Source of the DNA: Phoronis australis
Taxonomy: Eukaryota > Animalia > Phoronida
Direction of reading: 5' to 3'
DNA length: 64,000 nucleotides
Assembly: GCA_002633005.1 (NCBI GenBank)
Contig: NMRA01000037.1
Location: 248,001 to 312,000 of the forward strand
Part shown: positions 13,501-23,381 of the stretch, piece after piece
Layout: every line of letters begins with the position of its first letter
How positions within the stretch are numbered: position 1 is the stretch's first letter
The notes under the pieces: model-generated
The model's input: only the letters and a program-made list of their open reading frames with translations
The model's database searches: none
Told to the model about the DNA's origin: nothing
Program-made: the position numbers and the translations under genes

Positions 13501-16500
13501 GAGATGTTACCATAACAACAGAGTAGTAACAATCAAAAGAGCTGTCTGCTTGGTATTTTAAAATTAACAAACACTCATCAGTCCCATCCACTAGGAAGTA
13601 CATTCAGCAGTCAAAAGTTATCAATCAAGTTTGATTAGAAAAGACTGTCAGAAGTTTGAGATCTCACCTTCTTCCTTTGCTTTCTGCCGAGGATAGTATG
13701 ATTTACATTTATAGGAGAGGTGGTCATACTGTGTCACCATAACTCTGTAGGCACAGTCGGTCAGTGTCAAGAGTTTGGGAATTTCAAACTGTACCTTGAC
13801 CTCTTTAAATTCATATGACTTGATGCTAGAAGTAGACACAGTGCATCGTTAATGGTGATGGGGGGGGGGGTAGATCAGAATCGTTAATTTTTCACCAATC
13901 GGTATCACTGTGCAGAAAAGCAGACGACAAAATTGAGATTTTGGTTTATATAAAATATAATTATCTTGTGTTCACTATACTTTCCTCATATCAAGTTTAA
14001 CTCATTTGCCAGGAAAAGTCATAATTATCAAACAACCAATATATTGCCAAACTTACATCTAGTCTCCTGGGAGAAAATGAATATACATCACATGGAAAAT
14101 TAATTGCTACGCCAGGTATTACTGTACAATACATAACAAAAATGTAAGTGAACTCGACAAACACTACATTAATTTCATTAAAAATCGAGTAAAAATCACC
14201 GAGCAAACGATATCAGTTGCATACCAGAACAACTAACACAACACAAAGGAGTATCCAGCAGCCTACCGTGGATTTTTACTCAGATTTCCCCAGAAGCAGA
14301 GCGTGACAAACTCGTTCTTTTCTACTCGTTGCAAATTCATTGTCTCTGGGTCTGACCTCTCTGTGGCCTCAAGCAGGACAATTTGAGAAGCTCTGTCCAA
14401 TTTCTCTGCCAAAAGCTGTTGTAAGTTCGAAATAGTCTGAAAAAATTAAAGCATCATTGCTACTATAGAGTCAAGATCACAATCTAAACAGACTTATTCT
14501 CATGCTACATTGAAGCTCTCCTTGAAACCAATGTAACCATTAAGCAGTATATTTTCTACCTCATACAAAACATATATGTGGTACAGGGGTACAATATCGT
14601 GATACAAATTATAGGATTAAATACTAGAAGTGCCAAAAAATCTACACAATTATGCAAACATTTTTTTTTGCGGACAACGTAGAATTGTAAACAAAATACA
14701 AGACTCACAAATAACAGATGCCCCACATCTACAGCTTTTCTGGGGTTAATTTTGTTTTGGTTTCTGCAGGCCTTGAATGCAGGAACCCTCAACAATTCAA
14801 AAATAAAAACAGTACACAACGAAAGTAATCAGACTAAAAACTGTTTCCCTGTCACATTGGCTAATTCTGTCAACAACATTACAGATTGAATTAACCACCT
14901 CACAAACTTTTCTGATAATTCCCATTCATTCTCGGTCATAAGTCTACAACAACAATGAATTTGGTTTCCATCCAGACATCATGATGGGAAATTCCGGGTC
15001 ATTTTGTCGGAATTTTTTTGACTTGTACTGTATATCCAATGTGTCACCATGACCACAGGTGTCAAAGCCTAAATGTACTGACCAGTACTGTACCAGATTC
15101 CATAGTTGACGCCCTACTTACTTGGTTATACAAGGCAATCTCCGTGGGAGTCAGATCTCCTTCAGGACTGTCTTCCATCAAGAAGCTGAGTTCATTAATA
15201 AGCTATAACAAAGTGCCGAGAATGGATAGAAAATTAATGTGAAACACTTTGATGTGCATTCTTAAAGACATACTTGTAGCAGTATTCACCAGATGTCACT
15301 GATGTATCAGAAGTGCATACTCTTGTGACTTTACAATGGAAATGAAAGGCAAAAAAGCTACTTAAATTTTTATGACATTTTTATATTTTAATAACTTAAA
15401 TTGCATTTTGAATACTTAACAAATAAAGCTTTATTGAAAAATAGCAGCTCATATCATATTTATTATATGCCAAAAACAGCACTATGACCAATGACTTTTA
15501 CATAATTATTGAAGACAAAGTTCGACTTTTCATCAACTGGTACACCAGGTGTTGATTACCAAGAGAAATAATTCATTGAAAGAAGGACTTTGAAAAATCA
15601 AGAAATCAATGTAATTTGATTTTACAATGTGATGTCAAAAGTCAATTGAAATATAAGCCTTTTCACTGAAATATAATTAGCACTCACATCGAGAACAGTT
15701 TTTCCATTTGTAAGCACATTCACAATGTCATCGTTACTTTTGTCGTCCCTCCATAAGTTAATGTAAGTATTTATCTCCCCTGGAATAGTTGGGTCAGGAG
15801 TCCCGTCGCACCGCATGTAGCGATTCCACTGAAAAAAACATCGAGCCATCAGTGATTAAAAAGCCCGTAATTCACCATGCCGATCATCCACACACACAGT
15901 AAGAAACACAATCACATTTACAGATGTTTTATAAGCTTGAAAACCTTCACTGAAATACTGGGTTTCCAATAATTACAACACTGCTATTGACTACAGAGTT
16001 ATATGTCAGAACTAAAAGACTGATTTCGTAATACTATTGGATAACAGTGATATTCCAGTACTCACCTTTGCAGTTTTTCTGCGCTCATTTGCTTGATTGT
16101 CGAGAATACTGCGATGCCCATCAAGAACAGTGTTTAGTTCTGTAAGCTGAACTCTTCTTCTGGAATTTTCCTAAACAACAAAAAAGACTTCACAGTAATG
16201 AACTGATAAACAGAATGACAAAGGGTACTTAAACTTTCTGGTTCATACATGCAACTCTCTACACCTAGCAAAGTTTAGTCATGGGTAATATCAACAATGA
16301 CAACAGAAGAGTACGATAAATTTCACAAAAACTGAGAGTGGTCGTGCTTTACAGTGGAATGACTAGTCCCTGGCACAGGTAGATGCAATATATTTCAGCA
16401 GTTTCAAAAGCTCTTTGTCAGTGATCAAGATTTCTTATTTGTTCATATTGTATGATTTGATTTGCATGTTTTTGCCACTAACTCTATCTGACTGCACCGT

Positions 16501-19310
16501 ATTGGGAGGATGGTGGAAATGAAATTAAGATTTGCCTCCCAGATCACCAGTACCTCGTCTGAAGTCACCTACCAGTTCCTAAACACAGAGCATGCATGAT
16601 ACTTCATACATCCGATCATAAGATGTTTTATTTTTCTCTATTCCTTAGTAACTCACATTCACCATAACCCAAACAGAGAAGTCCAATACCACAGTCACAG
16701 TTTCACACACCATCACAACATTTCTCCACCCTATCATCCTAACACTGCCTCCACACACTATCACAAAATCTCCCAATCCATTATCCTAACATTGCGTTCA
16801 CACACTATCACAAAAGCTCCCAATCCACAATCCTTTAACGCTGCGTTCACACAACATCTCCCCCACTCCATGACCCTAAGACTGCGTTCACACTCACCTC
16901 CTTCTCCTGGATTTTCCTCTGTTCTGCCTCCAGTTTGTCTTGCTCCTGCTTCTCCAAGGCATCTTGCTCTGCCTTCAATCTTGCCTCTTCTTCTTCTTGT
17001 AACTTACGCTCTTCTTCTTCCTTCTTCAGAGCCTCTTTTTGAGCCTTCGTCAATTTCTTCTTGGCACTGCTTTTCGGAGGCTTAGATTAAAAACAAAACA
17101 AACACTGCATAATACAGACAAGACCTATTATGGAAAAAGCATGTCTCCGTGCAGCTGTTTCAGCCATCTCACATGGCCTTGATTCACCATAGATTCAGAG
17201 TATTTACTTAAACAGTAAAAGATGATCAAGGCTGCAACAGATGACTTTAAAGCAGCTAATTATCATAAGACAAAAGACCGTATTTACAAGTCAGCTACTG
17301 ATAAATGGAATGCAGAAATCAGTCTTTTATTTAACTTAAAAATCAGATGACATTGTTTCAGATATTTAAAGCAATTTGGCCCATATCAATTCTGAACCAC
17401 AGCAAGGTGAATGTCTTTTCGTATTCCCTCGAAGACAAAATTATCATTACAAAACGTCTATTTTATGTCTTGAGCTTAATTCAGAACTAAATGGGTTTGA
17501 AAATTTTCAAGTTTTAAAAATTATTCAAAATATGTTGTATATACCCAACTTCAATTTATAATCAAACTGAAATATCATCACATGTAAAAGCATGCCTTCT
17601 TGCCACTTTTGAAGTGAGAAAGTGAGATGTACGTTGTAACTAGCTGAATATCTAACACAAACACAACTGTAACAAATACATGCAACTAAGCCGTATTAAC
17701 AATAACAGTGACTATTTTTCAATTATTTACAAAGGACTCACCTTAACTTTCTTTTTAACCTAGGCATACAACAAATATTATCACTAACATAACCTTACCT
17801 CTTCAACTACAGTATTGTCCTTAACCATGAGCAAAACATATTAATTTCAAACATGGTTTTGGTTTTCAGAAAAGTTTGTGAGGTACAATACAAAATATTG
17901 CCACAAGGTTGTGTACTCTTGTTATTAGATTGCTGTGTACCGTAATCGTTCGGGTTAACGCCCTGGGCGGTTAAATTGGCGAATCCAAAAAATCGGGGGA
18001 GGGCGGTTAACCAAGCAGTGGGCGGTTAAATCGAAAATCCACCTAAAGTAGGGGATGGGCGGTTAACTGAGCATGGGCATTAACCCGAACGATTACGGTA
18101 ATATACTGGCTGTATTGACATCATTCTGTTTGAGAACTCCAAGTTTCTTGGCAATTTCCAGAAAAGTACAGTTTCATGTTATTTTTTCTTAATAGCAATG
18201 AGGTTTAACAACATTAGCGTTGAGATGTGCCCTTTTCGTTTACCCTCTGAGAGGTCGCGTGATAAACACCTCGTGTTTTTAGTCTAGATGGTGGCATATA
18301 TATCTCAAAGCTGTTAACAATTTTTGTACACAAGGTACATCAGCAATACCTTAAAACTCACAGGGAATTACACCTGAGCCTTTACCACCACTTGCTAAAT
18401 TGAGTTATAAAAGTCTTACAAAGTCATTCTAAAGCGTTTTGAGTTGCGATTTAGATATCAGAATAACTGACGTAAAATCCCTCAGTCTTCTTTCCAGTAA
18501 AGGTACACTTTCTGAAAACCAGCTTGCTGCCACAGCAATTTTCTAGTGTAACCCAGACAGCGCAGGGTCAACACACAGCATCACTCATAATTAATGAATT
18601 ACTTTTGTTTGCTATTTTTCTTGCTTGCCCGAAGCCAAGAGTGACACCTTTTGACCCTCTTAAGAACTCATACTCATGGGTTTAACCTTTGACTTAATGA
18701 GTGAACTCCCATCAAAGTCTAAAAATGTCGGACTACATTTTTGTGTTTAAAAGCATGTGGTTCTTAAATTGGGAGACTATTACCTGATTGTGTGATTTCC
18801 CTCGATCGGAAGAAAAATTCTCTTGATATTAGAAGAACTCCCCTGAATTGGGGGAATAAGGGCAGTGGCCCTGCTCAGACTCGAACAGCAAAAGGAAATA
18901 AACAAATCTATAGTATGCGTCTGAGATGGTAATAGTCGGATAAAACATGCCCATTTCAAATTCTGTCTGAAGCCATTGAAATTCTCCTCAGGTGATCAAA
19001 TTCTCACAACACAGTGAAATTATTCAGATTTGTGAACCCGCTTCGAAGTACTGCTGGTCACAGGTTCACCGACTGGGAATCAGTCACACACTGACTGACT
19101 CCGGATAGTCTTAGTGTACCGTCAGCCAGTGCCCATGATTCTGTGAACTGACACTAGCCATAGCTTGAATAAAGTTGTTTGGACAACGATTTGCAGAAGT
19201 ATTTTAGCGATGAAGATAATTTGTGAAGAGTTAAATCAATGCAAAAACGGATGATTTCATATAAATGAATAAACAGGGTGCAACATCAAATTAAAATTAA
19301 ATATTACCAT
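1376..19310 (-). CDS. DNAI7: Dynein axonemal intermediate chain 7 / CASC1 (axonemal 84 kDa protein), 17 coding exons, ~738 aa
   Basis: Exons (minus): 19308-19310, 16898-17080, 16066-16170, 15688-15828, 15122-15202, 14267-14436, 13668-13825, 12576-12697, 11617-11734, 7020-7163, 5512-5680, 4995-5101, 4304-4470, 3519-3677, 2961-3110, 2182-2283, 1376-1513. All GT-AG, phases consistent, 2217 nt total. Motifs WNRYMRCDGTPDP, HINMPFQSWELRP, WSKWN and the ATRLFVYS* end are typical of CASC1. Confidence 0.93.
2182..2283 (-). CDS. DNAI7: DNAI7 exon 16
   Basis: DQWALFMITRKRSNKLRVTEFDEEFSEDPAEETK; ag/gt boundaries. Confidence 0.9.
2961..3110 (-). CDS. DNAI7: DNAI7 exon 15
   Basis: DPIAERRLYEQMALTASGMGYSWSKWN... 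Confidence 0.9.
3519..3677 (-). CDS. DNAI7: DNAI7 exon 14
   Basis: DGQCQLSKPENTELSHLRDTWYNVKDFIKAMKAAGVNLFP... Confidence 0.9.
4304..4470 (-). CDS. DNAI7: DNAI7 exon 13
   Basis: TRLLKFNTSYFGPLTLLQDTHINMPFQSWELRP...IEIK. Confidence 0.92.
4995..5101 (-). CDS. DNAI7: DNAI7 exon 12
   Basis: MPDNVHFCEEPQVARWDEEGLTWRLDGFSQPTYDE. Confidence 0.9.
5512..5680 (-). CDS. DNAI7: DNAI7 exon 11
   Basis: LPDKDNLAYMTYLCDD...RPPIGITMT; phase 1 to phase 2 fits neighbours. Confidence 0.8.
7020..7163 (-). CDS. DNAI7: DNAI7 exon 10
   Basis: EEWEDFDGDEDAVDLRSYSPVGGVMYLHLLHLPPQPKNVRNWVITQ. Confidence 0.88.
7125..8022. repeat. ~260 bp direct duplication (7125-7386 / 7759-8022) joined at N 7758; probable haplotype overlap
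   Basis: Near-identical copies; the second starts immediately after the single N. Confidence 0.8.
8388..8520. repeat. (TTAATGTTAATT)n minisatellite
   Basis: About 10 copies of a 12-mer; absent at the homologous site (~11358) of the other copy. Confidence 0.9.
8782..8899 (-). CDS. DNAI7: DNAI7 exon 9, second (probably allelic) copy
   Basis: Near-identical to 11617-11734; lies in the block duplicated around the N at 11152. Confidence 0.6.
9905..10026 (-). CDS. DNAI7: DNAI7 exon 8, second (probably allelic) copy
   Basis: Near-identical to 12576-12697 with a few substitutions. Confidence 0.6.
11000..11151 (-). CDS. DNAI7: DNAI7 exon 7, truncated second copy
   Basis: Matches 13668-13819; cut off at the N at 11152, so it has no splice acceptor. 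Confidence 0.55.
11617..11734 (-). CDS. DNAI7: DNAI7 exon 9 (acidic, PE repeat)
   Basis: DLMAMLHKKDDEEEEKPAEPEPEPEPEPDPIPDDEEQAP; phase 0 to phase 1. Confidence 0.8.
12576..12697 (-). CDS. DNAI7: DNAI7 exon 8 (Glu-rich)
   Basis: EEPPEGEASEETEKKDEEKVEGEEGDENTEEQPQLEEEKTE; phase 1 to phase 0. Confidence 0.8.
13668..13825 (-). CDS. DNAI7: DNAI7 exon 7
   Basis: IKSYEFKEVKVQFEIPKLLTLTDCAYRVMVTQYDHLS... Confidence 0.88.
14267..14436 (-). CDS. DNAI7: DNAI7 exon 6
   Basis: TISNLQQLLAEKLDRASQIVLLEATERSDPETMNLQ...CFWGNLSKNPR. Confidence 0.9.
15122..15202 (-). CDS. DNAI7: DNAI7 exon 5
   Basis: LINELSFLMEDSPEGDLTPTEIALYNQ. Confidence 0.85.
15688..15828 (-). CDS. DNAI7: DNAI7 exon 4
   Basis: WNRYMRCDGTPDPTIPGEINTYINLWRD... 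(Casc1 N-terminal motif). Confidence 0.92.
16066..16170 (-). CDS. DNAI7: DNAI7 exon 3
   Basis: ENSRRRVQLTELNTVLDGHRSILDNQANERRKTAK. Confidence 0.85.
16700..16895. repeat. Degenerate ~45 bp tandem repeat (about 4 copies) abutting the DNAI7 exon 2 donor
   Basis: Recurring cacactatcacaaaa.ctcccaatcc...cctaaca.tgc units. Confidence 0.7.
16898..17080 (-). CDS. DNAI7: DNAI7 exon 2 (charged coiled coil)
   Basis: PPKSSAKKKLTKAQKEALKKEEEERKLQEEEEARLKAE..., like the vertebrate CASC1 N-terminus. Confidence 0.9.
17938..18100. mobile_element. MITE, ~163 bp, TA-flanked (Tc1/mariner-like)
   Basis: Terminal inverted repeat TACCGTAATCGTTCGGGTTAA(C/T)GCCC ... GGGCATTAACCCGAACGATTACGGTA; internal gggcggttaa repeats. 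Confidence 0.85.
19308..19310 (-). CDS. DNAI7: DNAI7 exon 1 coding part (ATG only)
   Basis: aaaatATG|gtaata on minus strand; supplies the Met missing from exon 2; sits next to a promoter-like motif cluster. Confidence 0.6.
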
Positions 19311-19550
19311 ATTTTCGTCGTCAGGGAAAGGAGTCCTGTAGTAACGGAAGTAGCACTGCGCAAGGTTGTCTAACAACAACTGTCGTAATTTACTTAAGCA
19401 AAATAGACAGGAATTCACTAAAATATGAACAAAAAGGAATGCAAATACCAGATTTCATGAAATATGAAGAAATTATATTAGTTATGATATTTTTTGGTCC
19501 TTGAACCCGATTTTGAAGTCGTAATTTCTGAGAAGCCCCCTCTAGCGAAG
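19311..19550. promoter_or_regulatory. Putative bidirectional promoter DNAI7/ETFRF1 with RFX X-box-like and ETS motifs
   Basis: GTTGTCTAACAAC (19365-19377) X-box-like palindrome; CGGAAGT (19345-19351) ETS core; candidate ETFRF1 5'UTR donor gaag|gtacgt at 19550/19551 and acceptor at 22000. Confidence 0.5.
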
Positions 19551-20464
19551 GTACGTGAAATTACAAGAGCAGAAGGAGTTGAAAGGCATTGCTATCATGT
19601 GTGGCTGTTTTTGTCATTGACAGCGCTTCAGATTGGAATGGTCAAAACAGAGGATTAGACTGTAATTACACAGCTTATGAAGTTGTATCTTATAAAGGTG
19701 TTAGGCAATTACACATGGCGATAGTTGCCCATTGCCCCATTATTGCCTTGCCTGTGGCTTAACCACTTATTGTGGACCCCCACAATCCCCCCACATAATT
19801 AAAAAGGCCTACTACTACTACACAACCGGTGCCGATAGTGAGTTGTGTTCTATGCAGGGATGTTGGTGCGTGACTTTCTTAGACAATCTAATCAAACGTA
19901 TCATAGCTTTGTCGAGAAATACACTTAAACTAGTGCAAGATGTACCTGGGGCTGGGGTTAAAGTTGTCCGGATCACAAAACAAGCATTCTAGTCACGAAG
20001 GTGGAACAGGGCGTATAAATTACCTTGTGTGTGTCACTGTAGTGGGTGTAGTATTACCAAGCCACACAACTGCCAATGGCAGGAGCTCAAGGAAACAGCG
20101 TTTTGCTATTATTTCCCTCAAGTCTTTGGTTTCATTGTTAGTGAATGAAAATGATATAGCGAAAAAAGAATCCCAGTGAGTTGTTCGTAAATGGCATGAA
20201 AAGCAATAATACATAATTTGGGTAAACTCAGCTGCACAAGCACGTAGCTTTTAATTACTTCTGCTTTCCTACAGTTTATTGTTCACACATGCACTTAAAG
20301 TGAGGCAAGTTGATCACAGGCATCATGAATTTGCCATTTACATTGCATACCTGCGCTTGTAATGATTCCTTATCCAATGTGTCCAGAAAGCTCATTTTCA
20401 TGTCTATTTGTGTTGCTTATAGCACAAGTCTTCTTAATTAAATCAGTTCTTGGCCACAGTAAGA

Positions 20465-20998
20465 TTAAAAACTGGACGATCGCCGCACAAATGAAGAAGT
20501 TCATGATAAATCAACGTTTCGTCTATTCGTTAGACATCATCAGGATATTTACATAGGACAAAAAGTGCCAACATACATCTCAGGTGACATCTATGAAGTG
20601 AAGTGAGAGATACAGAGTAGTCAGTAGCTGGTCATCACCGTAGTTGCAGGGTCACCGAGCTCTGCATGTTGTTCAGGGAATCAGTAGCATGCTGGTTCTG
20701 AATGGCCTGTGAGTCTTTAATGTACAGTAATTCTTTATTAGTTTCACTGCAGATAACACTAACTGAATTGGCTCGGTGATTGTTGTTAACACAATGCCAA
20801 TATATGTTGCTTTTCTCTGAGGTGTGATGTTCTCTCAGCCTGTCACAGAGGCGTCACTTCACTTCATGGATGTCAACTGATATGTATGTTGGCACTTGTT
20901 GTCCTGTGTAAATATCCTGATGATGTCTAATGAATAGATGAAACGTTGATTTATCATGAACTTAATCTTCATTTGTGCGGCAATCGTCTGGTTTTTAA
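20465..20998. mobile_element. Foldback/MITE with ~140 bp inverted arms, TTAA-flanked (Kolobok/piggyBac-like)
   Basis: 20465-20607 is the reverse complement of ~20854-20998 with few mismatches; TTAA at both ends. Confidence 0.75.
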
Positions 20999-22039
20999 GT
21001 CTATTCTTGTGAAGATAACTGAATGCAGACTGCTTTCCTTACAGTCAAGCAACCAAAGTCAATTTAATTTTGACGTAAGAGATGAACCCAGTTGTAGTGA
21101 ACTGATTTTTATGATCCAAAAACACCAATTTCGGTTACTTTTTATGGTCTTCTTTTGCGGAATCACTATTTCTTGAAAATGTATAGGGTTTGTTTGCTCA
21201 CAACTCTCTGGGAATTAACACTGTAAACACAGTTTGAATGATTATCACTGTTTGGAATTAAGTTGATGTAGAAGTCAGTGTAAGTGACAAATTCATGTAA
21301 GTGGCATAAATTGCACTATCTTGAATAGTCGAGTTGCACTGGTTTAACTTTTGTCCACCCAGTCACATATACGAGCACAAGTTACAATTTCGTTTATTGT
21401 GCATTGATTGCATGGATGATTATAGTCTGTTCTGGAGGCAACTGTGTTCATGGTGGGTTAATTATGTCCATATGATAATGATAGATACAAGATAAGTTAA
21501 CCACACTTTTTAGATTTTGTTCTCATGAGCTTTTGTGGCTATGATATGCTCTTCACTTTAATCGGGCCACTGTTGAATGTATCTGCCTTGCACAGCGACC
21601 AAAGAATGAAGTCTTGCATTTCTCTTTTCTTTGTGGTCACAGAGCACTAGGCCAGTTGGTACAAAGTTGCTGTGGTTTGAGTAAAAAAGTGTTTATTTTT
21701 ATTATGGTAGAATCTCCCTAATTTCATTCAAAACTAATTACCAAAAAATGCTGCTTTCAAGGGCTTTTAAAATTTTCTGAATATCCACAATTTTTTAAAA
21801 CATTGTCTACTCGTAGTCATCGTAACAGAGCTTGTCCGCCCTGTTCTCGTAAGATTTTATCGTATAATTATCTCATTCTGCTGTTGCCATTAGTGATCTG
21901 TGAGTCATACCAGTCCCATGAGTTTATAAAGCTTAAGAAATATGATTGTTGTTTTACCAGTACCAAATAAAAACTTTCATTTGTTTTTGTTGACATACAG
22001 GTGTGTTGATGAAGAGTATCATCCAGGCACAGTGAGGTC

Positions 22040-22081
22040 ATGTCGAGCACCAGGTGTAAAGTAATTCAGTTATATAAAAAT
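22040..22081 (+). CDS. ETFRF1: ETF regulatory factor 1 / LYRM5, first coding exon
   Basis: ATG...AAT|gtaagt; MSSTRCKVIQLYKN (LYK version of the LYR motif). Confidence 0.88.
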
Positions 22082-22162
22082 GTAAGTAGGACGTGGCTAT
22101 TAATGCTGCTTACAATAAACCCACAAACTTCGGTAGTAATCTGACATAACGTGCCTGCATTT

Positions 22163-22237
22163 TAACACCAGTTTTCTCTGGCCAGTGAATAACGGGCGTC
22201 AACTGGTTCTCAAAATGCAGGCACGATATATAAGACT
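22163..22237 (+). repeat. ~75 bp short interspersed repeat (other copies ~40925-40995 +, ~62045-62122 -)
   Basis: Shared core ccagttttctc..ctgaataa...aactggttctcaaaat..ggc.cg.ta.at.agact. Confidence 0.65.
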
Positions 22238-22464
22238 TGCCAAACTTCTGATGAAGACCGCTTACTGCTTTAAGTCCTTTCTCAGCTTGTTCTTTGTAAA
22301 CTCGGATGAAGAGTGGTTTCTTGGCTTGGAAAGAATTGACAATTTGCTATTGCTTGAGATCCTGCTCAGCATATGAAATCTACCTTAAGTATATTTATTG
22401 GGGTTTGTCTTTAAAGAGGTCCTGTGTCGATTGAAAGTTATTTGTTGTGCAATTTTCTCTCCAG

Positions 22465-22677
22465 CTGCTACATATGGGGCGGGATTACCCACGAGGTTAT
22501 CCGTACTTTCGCGACAAAGTCAAGAGTGCCTTTCTGGAACACAAGGATGAAACCAGACCAGAAGAGCTGAAAAAACTGCTGGCTAGAGGGCGCTACATGT
22601 GCAAGGAATTGGAGGCATTCTATATGCTGAAAAAATACAGGACTATGAAGAAAAGATATTACGAAGAGCCAAAATAA
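22465..22677 (+). CDS. ETFRF1: ETFRF1 / LYRM5 second coding exon (84 aa total)
   Basis: ccag|CTG; LLHMGRDYPRGYPYFRDKVKSAFLEHKDE...KELEAFYMLKKYRTMKKRYYEEPK*, close to human LYRM5. Confidence 0.92.
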   Translation: MLHMGRDYPRGYPYFRDKVKSAFLEHKDETRPEELKKLLARGRYMCKELEAFYMLKKYRTMKKRYYEEPK

Positions 22678-23381
22678 CAGAAGAGATAGTGGTGGTTAAA
22701 TATCTTTTGGTACTAAAACAATTGCCGATAAAAGCTGTCATTGATGCTGTAAGAATACAGCATTGTGTATCATCGATTGAAGATTTTGACCATGAAGGCA
22801 CACCTCTTTACAAATATCTCTTAATGTTGACCATTTTCATAATGCCAGCAGTACTGATTTGACAGGTGATTGTGTCCATGTCTGACTTTATTAAACAGTG
22901 AAGGCTTGTGGTCATGGGCTGATCACTCAGCTTCACAGTCAAGAGAGATTTTCCAGTAAAAGATTAGCCAAGAATTTTTCTGATACAACAGTTTATTATC
23001 TCTTCTGGAGTAAGCATCAATGGTGCGGCTTATGGAGAACTCGAAATTCACCACTAGGTGTCGCAAGGGTCCTTCTGATAGACATTCCTGCATTCGGGTA
23101 AATCACACATGTGCCTGATCATCAGAATGCCCCATGCTGACAAACTGCTTTCTGATCTCAATATATTCAGATGTCAAAAAGAAGGATCTTCATTAGCATC
23201 ACATAGGGAATATCCGGCAGTGGCCATACAATTATGACCAAGTTGAAATGCACTGCCAATAATAATCCTTTTATCTGAATAAAAATGGAATAAGAACAAC
23301 AGGGCTTGGTGTACTGTCTTTACTCTAGTCTGTCTATTAGGCTGACAACTGGAGTTGGACGTTGACCTGGGCAGTCCTTGG

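Larger units (their letters stand above)
8183..13819. repeat. ~2.7-3 kb direct duplication (8183-11151 / 11153-13819) joined at N 11152; probable haplotype overlap
   Basis: Both copies carry DNAI7 exons 7-9; they differ by SNPs and indels. Confidence 0.85.

Noticed and set aside
8782-13825. Mutually exclusive or tandemly duplicated DNAI7 exons as a real splicing system
   Set aside because: Copies join at a single N, one exon copy is truncated exactly there, and introns are near-identical; the same pattern recurs at N 7758 and N 46154, pointing to assembly of two haplotypes
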